DNA of 64,000 nucleotides from Spirochaetota bacterium (GTDB lineage Bacteria; Spirochaetota; UBA4802; UBA5550): NCBI GenBank assembly GCA_016928865.1, contig JAFGJX010000030.1, positions 62,835 to 126,834 of the forward strand, read 5' to 3'. Shown piece by piece: positions 58,995 to 64,000 of this stretch (position 1 is its first letter; each line of letters starts with the position of its first letter). The notes under the pieces were generated by a model. It saw only the letters and a program-made list of their open reading frames with translations, ran no database searches and was not told where the DNA came from. The position numbers and the translations under genes were made by a program.

Positions 58995-60134
58995 ATGAAC
59001 AGGCAGAGTCTCCATGCATTATCAGGATTACTCGCATGCGTGATGGTGCTTGCGTCGTCATGCCTGCGTTCTCCGGACAAGGAAAAATACCTGCTCATGG
59101 TCCCTCGATACACCTTCTCGCTCCCGGAAGAGATCGTGCCCTACACGCCAGGGATAACGAAAGCGGTGCCCGGCGTCCTCTATTCGGTCGCCACAAGCGT
59201 ACCGGGCGACGTGGTATATCTTGCGGGGAACCTTCCGATCATAATCACGGTCCCGCATGGCGGATCGGCGACACCCGCTGACATCCCCGACCGAAGCGAG
59301 GACTGTGATGAATACATTACCACGGCTAATGATGTCCAGACTATCGCTCTCGCCTGCGATATCGTGGAAGGGCTCATGAACCTGACGCACGGGAAATATC
59401 CGCATGTGGTGATCAACAATCTCTGCCGGACCAGGATTGACCAGAACAGGAATTGGGGCGAAGACTGCAACCCGGTCGATGGGCGGGGCGGCGATGCATG
59501 GATAGATTTTCACGAGGTCATGACCGGCGCGGTCGCGATAGGCGCGGTGCTTGGCCGCTTCGGCGCCGGACTGCTTGTCGACCTGCATGGCAAGCCGAAC
59601 AGCGGTGAGCCTGATTATTCCCTATACTGGGAATCTGTCATGATCGGGTATAACCTGACTTCCACCGTGCTTTCCTATTCGGACGAGGTGATCAATGACC
59701 AGGGAAACGGATACGCGGAACGAAGCTCTCTCCGATTTTTATCCGCACGGGAGGCCCATACGATTGATCTTGCCGGGCTGCTGCGCGGCGGCATGCGGGG
59801 TCATGAAAGTTTCGGGGCATTGCTGCAGAACGGGCTCGATGAAATTAACCGGGACTATGGAAAGGATTACACTGTTGTACCGAGTGATCTGGTGCCGGCA
59901 CCGGCTTATTTGTATCTGAGCGGAGAATATAACATCAAGGCTTTCTGCGGCGTGAAGGACGGATCAATCGACAACCTGTATGCCTATACCCCATCCCGCT
60001 TCATCAGCGGATTTCAGCTTGAGGTATGCCGTGAAATCAGGGATTCGGATCCCGCTCTCAGAAAAGATTTTGCCCGGGAAGTCGCTCAAGCACTCCGGCT
60101 CTACATTGCCCGGCATTATCACCTGCTATTGTAA
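58995..60134 (+). CDS. Secreted hypothetical protein, possibly N-formylglutamate-amidohydrolase-like fold
   Basis: Signal peptide (lipobox ASSC). PIIITVPHGGSATPADIP and DLHGKPNSGEPDY loosely resemble FGase metal-binding motifs. Weak. Confidence 0.3.
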   Translation: MNRQSLHALSGLLACVMVLASSCLRSPDKEKYLLMVPRYTFSLPEEIVPYTPGITKAVPGVLYSVATSVPGDVVYLAGNLPIIITVPHGGSATPADIPDRSEDCDEYITTANDVQTIALACDIVEGLMNLTHGKYPHVVINNLCRTRIDQNRNWGEDCNPVDGRGGDAWIDFHEVMTGAVAIGAVLGRFGAGLLVDLHGKPNSGEPDYSLYWESVMIGYNLTSTVLSYSDEVINDQGNGYAERSSLRFLSAREAHTIDLAGLLRGGMRGHESFGALLQNGLDEINRDYGKDYTVVPSDLVPAPAYLYLSGEYNIKAFCGVKDGSIDNLYAYTPSRFISGFQLEVCREIRDSDPALRKDFAREVAQALRLYIARHYHLLL

Positions 60135-60216
60135 CGGTTCACCGAGGTCCGGGCATCCTGCCCGGTGAACTGCAATCCCACGCATCCAATCGTCACCGTT
60201 ATGATTGTTGCTTGCG

Positions 60217-60684
60217 TCAGAGTGAAAATCTGAAATTCACAATACGCGGATGCACCAGGTTCTCGAAATCCCTGTATTTCATCTTGATAAGATCGGTATG
60301 CGTGCCGGCGTTGAATACGATTTCCTCGTCCTTTGCCAGCTCGTCGGATACGATCTCCTCCATGCCGTACAGGTTCCCGAAGGGGGGCATGGCGCCCATT
60401 TCGCAGTCGCCGAATTTCCTGACGAACTCGGATTCCGAGGCCAGTTCCACATCGTCAGTTTGAAACAGCGCCTTCAGCAGAGAGAGATTGACCCTCTGGT
60501 TCGCTGTCATCACCACCATCACCAGCCTGCCGTTGATTTTGACGATTACCGGCTTCGCCATTTCATAGCCGTGGACATGGGCCAGATGGGCCGTCTTGGT
60601 CGATGAATAGGCGAGGGGATGATGAATCATTTCGTACCGGATCTGGTTTTTATCGAGATACTCTTTCAGCTTTTCTCCTTTCAT
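60217..60684 (-). CDS. YbaK/ProX-type aminoacyl-tRNA deacylase
   Basis: 155 aa. Conserved ...KPVIVKINGRLVMVVMTANQRVNLSLLKAL... and GAMPPFG motifs of the YbaK trans-editing family. Confidence 0.7.
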   Translation of the reverse strand: MKGEKLKEYLDKNQIRYEMIHHPLAYSSTKTAHLAHVHGYEMAKPVIVKINGRLVMVVMTANQRVNLSLLKALFQTDDVELASESEFVRKFGDCEMGAMPPFGNLYGMEEIVSDELAKDEEIVFNAGTHTDLIKMKYRDFENLVHPRIVNFRFSL

Positions 60685-60878
60685 GGTATTCCTCCCGGTG
60701 TGACCCGTTTGTAGTGAATAAGGTATGATAATTGCCGACCATAGTCAAAATTAATTTCATTGATCCGGCGTCATTGCTTGCAATGACGGACATAATTAAT
60801 TATACTGTCAGTATCCGGCATATGTGACTGCTGCAACTGGTGCGCAAAAAAAAATATTAAATCTTTGGGAGGCTGTAC

Positions 60879-61247
60879 ATGAAGGGAATTATTTCTTTCG
60901 CGCTTCTGGAAAAGGAGATGGTGCATGAAATGAGAGATACGATCAACAGGGCGGAAGATGTTATCGACCTGGAGAAGCAATTTTCGAACATCATGAAGCA
61001 TTTTTTTTCACGGGTCATGGAGAAACAGCACATCCCCGGCGTCGTAAGAGACGATGATATAATTTTCAATCCGGAAGAGCCGGATTATTACAGCATCAGC
61101 GCGAGATTGAAAAGGATTCCCGGGTTCAGGGAACTTCTGGATTCTTCCGACCTGAAGAGCGTCATCGGACGGTTTGCCTCATCGGCTCACCGAAAATATC
61201 TCCACCTCACCCGGCACAGGGAGAAAGCGCGGTTTAAAATCAGATAG
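60879..61247 (+). CDS. hypothetical protein
   Basis: 122-aa ORF with upstream SD GGGAGG. No motifs. Confidence 0.3.
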   Translation: MKGIISFALLEKEMVHEMRDTINRAEDVIDLEKQFSNIMKHFFSRVMEKQHIPGVVRDDDIIFNPEEPDYYSISARLKRIPGFRELLDSSDLKSVIGRFASSAHRKYLHLTRHREKARFKIR

Positions 61248-61368
61248 CGGGTTATTGAAGCGAGGACAAGCGGCCCGGCACCGGGCTTGGAGCGGGTTTT
61301 TATTATTTACAAAAATCATACCGTTTGTAGTATATGTAACGCTGTTTTAGCAGCAAATCAGTTATAGC

Positions 61369-62427
61369 GTGGTAGCAGATATGAAGGTAACACCAGGCGG
61401 AGCGGCAACGGTTATAGGGAGCTTCCCTCATGCATCGGCAGAGGAGGCCTGCGGGCTCGTATTTGATACGCTGCCGGACATACCCGCATGGCCGCAGCTT
61501 CCGCGCAGGGATTTTTTTGAAGACATGAACGTCCAGTTCAGCAGGAGGCTTCCCTGCTTCGCGATTGATCCGGTGAACAGGAAGGCAGGGTTTGACACCT
61601 CGCGCGACCTGGCGGGAGAGCTGGAGCGCTTTTATACAAAGGTTATCGAGGATGACGTGGAATATTTTGGCCTCGATGACGAATATGCAGCGGGATTCGG
61701 CAGCTTCATCAGCGGGGTGCGCGGCGGCAGGGCCGATGGCGCATTCGCCCTGAAGGGTGAAACCACCGGTCCCCTGACGCTGGGGCTCATGACTGACGCC
61801 ACGGACGGCAAATACGCGCTCTACAAGCCCGATCTATTTGACGCGGTTGTCAAGAGCTGCTCCATGAACGCACGGTGGCAGGTGCGGAAGCTCAGGGAGC
61901 ATGCGGACCGGGCAATTGTCTTTTTTGACGAGCCTTCGCTGTCCATCATCGGCTCCGGATTTTACTCGGTGGATACGTCGCAGATTGCCGCTTCCTTCAA
62001 GGAGATCATACTGGGCATACACGGCGAGGTGGGGCTTGCCGGCACCCACTGCTGCGGCAACGCGGACTGGGACGTGCTGCTCGACCCGGACCTTGACCTG
62101 GACATCATTAACTTCGACGCCACGGACGAGATCATAGTCGATAAATTCATAAACGCGCGGAACGTCGTATCCTACCTGGAGAGGGGTAAGTGTGTCGCCT
62201 GGGGTGTGGTGCCGACCCTGAAGGACAAGATCGAGGCCGCCACGCCGGAGGGGGTCGAGGAGCAGTTTCATGCGCTCGTGGCCCGGCTGGTGCAGCGGGG
62301 AGTACGGGAAGAGATTGTGCTCGGGCAGTCGATTGTAACGCCCAGCTGCGGTACCGGGACGCTTTCGGTGCAGCTTGCGGAAAAGGTCATGGCCCTGCTG
62401 GCGGGCCTTTCGCGCGCGTTGAAATGA
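61369..62427 (+). CDS. Short MetE-like (cobalamin-independent methionine synthase catalytic-domain family) zinc methyltransferase
   Basis: TVIGSFPHA (MetE TIGSFP hallmark), THCCGN (His-x-Cys zinc ligands) and PSCGTG (distal Cys). Confidence 0.55.
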   Translation: MVADMKVTPGGAATVIGSFPHASAEEACGLVFDTLPDIPAWPQLPRRDFFEDMNVQFSRRLPCFAIDPVNRKAGFDTSRDLAGELERFYTKVIEDDVEYFGLDDEYAAGFGSFISGVRGGRADGAFALKGETTGPLTLGLMTDATDGKYALYKPDLFDAVVKSCSMNARWQVRKLREHADRAIVFFDEPSLSIIGSGFYSVDTSQIAASFKEIILGIHGEVGLAGTHCCGNADWDVLLDPDLDLDIINFDATDEIIVDKFINARNVVSYLERGKCVAWGVVPTLKDKIEAATPEGVEEQFHALVARLVQRGVREEIVLGQSIVTPSCGTGTLSVQLAEKVMALLAGLSRALK

Positions 62428-62856
62428 TTACTGCTTCGAGCGCTGGATGAATGCTATCGCGTCATCCAGGTTGTGGAACACGGCCATGTAGTTGAACATC
62501 TCCGGATGCTCGATCATTATCTTCTGCAGAAAATCCTCTTTCATGATCATCACCAGGTAGCCCTTGATCTTTTTCATGATGGACATGGCCTTCATCAGTA
62601 TGCCGATCGCGGGGTCGCTGATCTCCGTGACCGTTCCCGCGTCCATGATGAAATAGGAATGCTCGGGGAGTCCGTTCTCCACTTTCGCGGCATCGTAGAT
62701 GGCGGACGCGGTGTCCTTGTCCACCTTGTCCACATTCACCCTGAAATGCAATATGTCCTCTGTAGGCAGATAGGTATATGAATACAGTGCAGAGTTGTGT
62801 TCCATGCAGATATCCCCTGGCGCAACTGGTTTTAATCCCGATAGTTTGGTATACAC
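62428..62856 (-). CDS. STAS-domain protein (anti-sigma-factor antagonist-like)
   Basis: 142 aa, SpoIIAA-like alpha/beta pattern. Weak call. Confidence 0.35.
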   Translation of the reverse strand: MYTKLSGLKPVAPGDICMEHNSALYSYTYLPTEDILHFRVNVDKVDKDTASAIYDAAKVENGLPEHSYFIMDAGTVTEISDPAIGILMKAMSIMKKIKGYLVMIMKEDFLQKIMIEHPEMFNYMAVFHNLDDAIAFIQRSKQ

Positions 62857-62899
62857 AATTCTGACAATATTGTCAATTGTTTATTTCGCATGAGGCCTG

Positions 62900-64000
62900 T
62901 TAACCGCGCAGGACGTCCTCCAGCCCGATGAGCCGGTCAACCAGCCCGCTGAAATGGCTGATGGCGCCTTCAATGGGCGCCGGGGTGGACATGTCGACGC
63001 CCGCTGCGAGGAGCTCGTCGAGCGGGAACATGCTGCCCCCGAGAGAAAGGAAGGCCAGATAGGCGTCCCGCACGCTGGCGCCTCCCCCTTCGACCGAGAG
63101 GGCCAGGGCGATGGCCGCGGATATGCCGGTGGCGTATTTATATACGTAGAACGGGGAATAAAAATGGGGTATTCTGAGGCACTCCAGGGTCAGCTCCTCG
63201 TCAAGCGCCAGGTGTCCGCCGAAGTAGGTTGCAAGCAGTCCGCGGTACATTTCGCGCATCGCTTCGAGGGTGAGAGGCCTGTGCTCCTCGACCGCCCGGT
63301 GCGTTAGCAGCTCGAACTCCGCGAACATGCACTGGCGGAACAGGGTCGCGCGTATGTTGTCGATTTCGCGATTTAGGATATACGCCTTCATGTTCCGGTC
63401 GTTCTCGTAGCGCCGCAGCAAGTGGGCGCTCAGAAGGGTTTCGTTGAATGTGGACGCGACCTCGGCGACGAAGATCGTGTAGTCGTGATACACGTATGGC
63501 TGGCTGCGGTTGGAGTACCATGAGTGCATCGAGTGTCCCGCTTCGTGGATCAGCGTGTACAGGCTGTTGATGTTGTCGTTCCGGTAGTTGATCAGTATGT
63601 AGGGCGGCGAGTCGTAGCAGCCGGAGGAATAGGCCCCGCTCCGCTTCCCCCTGCTTTCATACCGGTCAACCCATCCGCCCGTCAGTCCCTTTTTCATGGT
63701 CGCGGTATATTCCTCGCCGAGAACGGCGAGCGCGGCCGAGCAGGTCTCCACCGCTTCCTCGTAAGGCATGGAAAAAGGAACATGCTTTACGATGGGGACA
63801 TAGGTGTCATAGAAGTGCAGTTCGTCCAGATCGAGGATTCGCTTCCGGAAATCAAGATACGTAAAGAGCGGAGACAGCCTGTTTTTAACGGCGGTTATGA
63901 GGTTGTCGTACACATCGTCGGGAACCCTGTCGGCAAAGAGGCCCTGGCGCCGGCAGTTCTCGAACTTCCGCACACGGGAATAGAAGCAGTCCCGCTTGTT
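62900..64000 (-). CDS. pepF: Oligoendopeptidase F (M3 family), C-terminal part; the gene continues past the window end
   Basis: Zinc-binding HEAGHSMHS (HExxH) in M3B context, conserved C-terminal helices. The reading frame is still open at 64000. Confidence 0.75.
   Translation of the reverse strand, partial: NKRDCFYSRVRKFENCRRQGLFADRVPDDVYDNLITAVKNRLSPLFTYLDFRKRILDLDELHFYDTYVPIVKHVPFSMPYEEAVETCSAALAVLGEEYTATMKKGLTGGWVDRYESRGKRSGAYSSGCYDSPPYILINYRNDNINSLYTLIHEAGHSMHSWYSNRSQPYVYHDYTIFVAEVASTFNETLLSAHLLRRYENDRNMKAYILNREIDNIRATLFRQCMFAEFELLTHRAVEEHRPLTLEAMREMYRGLLATYFGGHLALDEELTLECLRIPHFYSPFYVYKYATGISAAIALALSVEGGGASVRDAYLAFLSLGGSMFPLDELLAAGVDMSTPAPIEGAISHFSGLVDRLIGLEDVLRG

Overview
This is a 64 kb, roughly 58-60% GC bacterial chromosome segment with about 55 genes. 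Two tandem FlaB-type flagellins begin with MIINHN, which points to a spirochete-like host. Housekeeping content includes pstSCAB, ileS-lspA, lysS, xseAB, a RecD-like helicase, hbd, a SuhB-like IMPase and a partial pepF.

Two accessory regions stand out.

(1) 10.9-22.3 kb: an 8-strand-type OMP gene followed by two giant paralogous surface lipoproteins of 1693 and 1622 aa. They carry Ig-like/Big-type repeats, a DxDxDG Ca-loop module and a shared roughly 700-aa C-terminal propeller-like domain. Each sits behind a 0.5-0.7 kb AT-rich, hairpin-dense leader.

(2) 26.6-35.9 kb: a tightly coupled operon. Its genes are a tri-PilZ/alpha-beta-hydrolase/SAM-methyltransferase fusion, an adenylate-forming ligase with a degenerate P-loop, an ACP, a B12-binding radical SAM enzyme and a multi-TM hybrid histidine kinase-REC-HD-GYP. 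Together they look like a c-di-GMP-gated acyl-carrier tailoring system. A 2.4 kb stretch of this operon (31468-33880) is about 30-35% GC and is spliced in-frame into the ligase 3' end and the kinase 5' end, which is a mosaic signature of foreign DNA.

Other items: both flaB genes have a conserved 5'-UTR ACGGAG-loop hairpin (a CsrA/FliW-type post-transcriptional control architecture). A triple 10-bp tandem repeat sits upstream of flaB. There is a SOR-like lipoprotein, a membrane spermidine-synthase-like/TPR protein, and several strong terminators.
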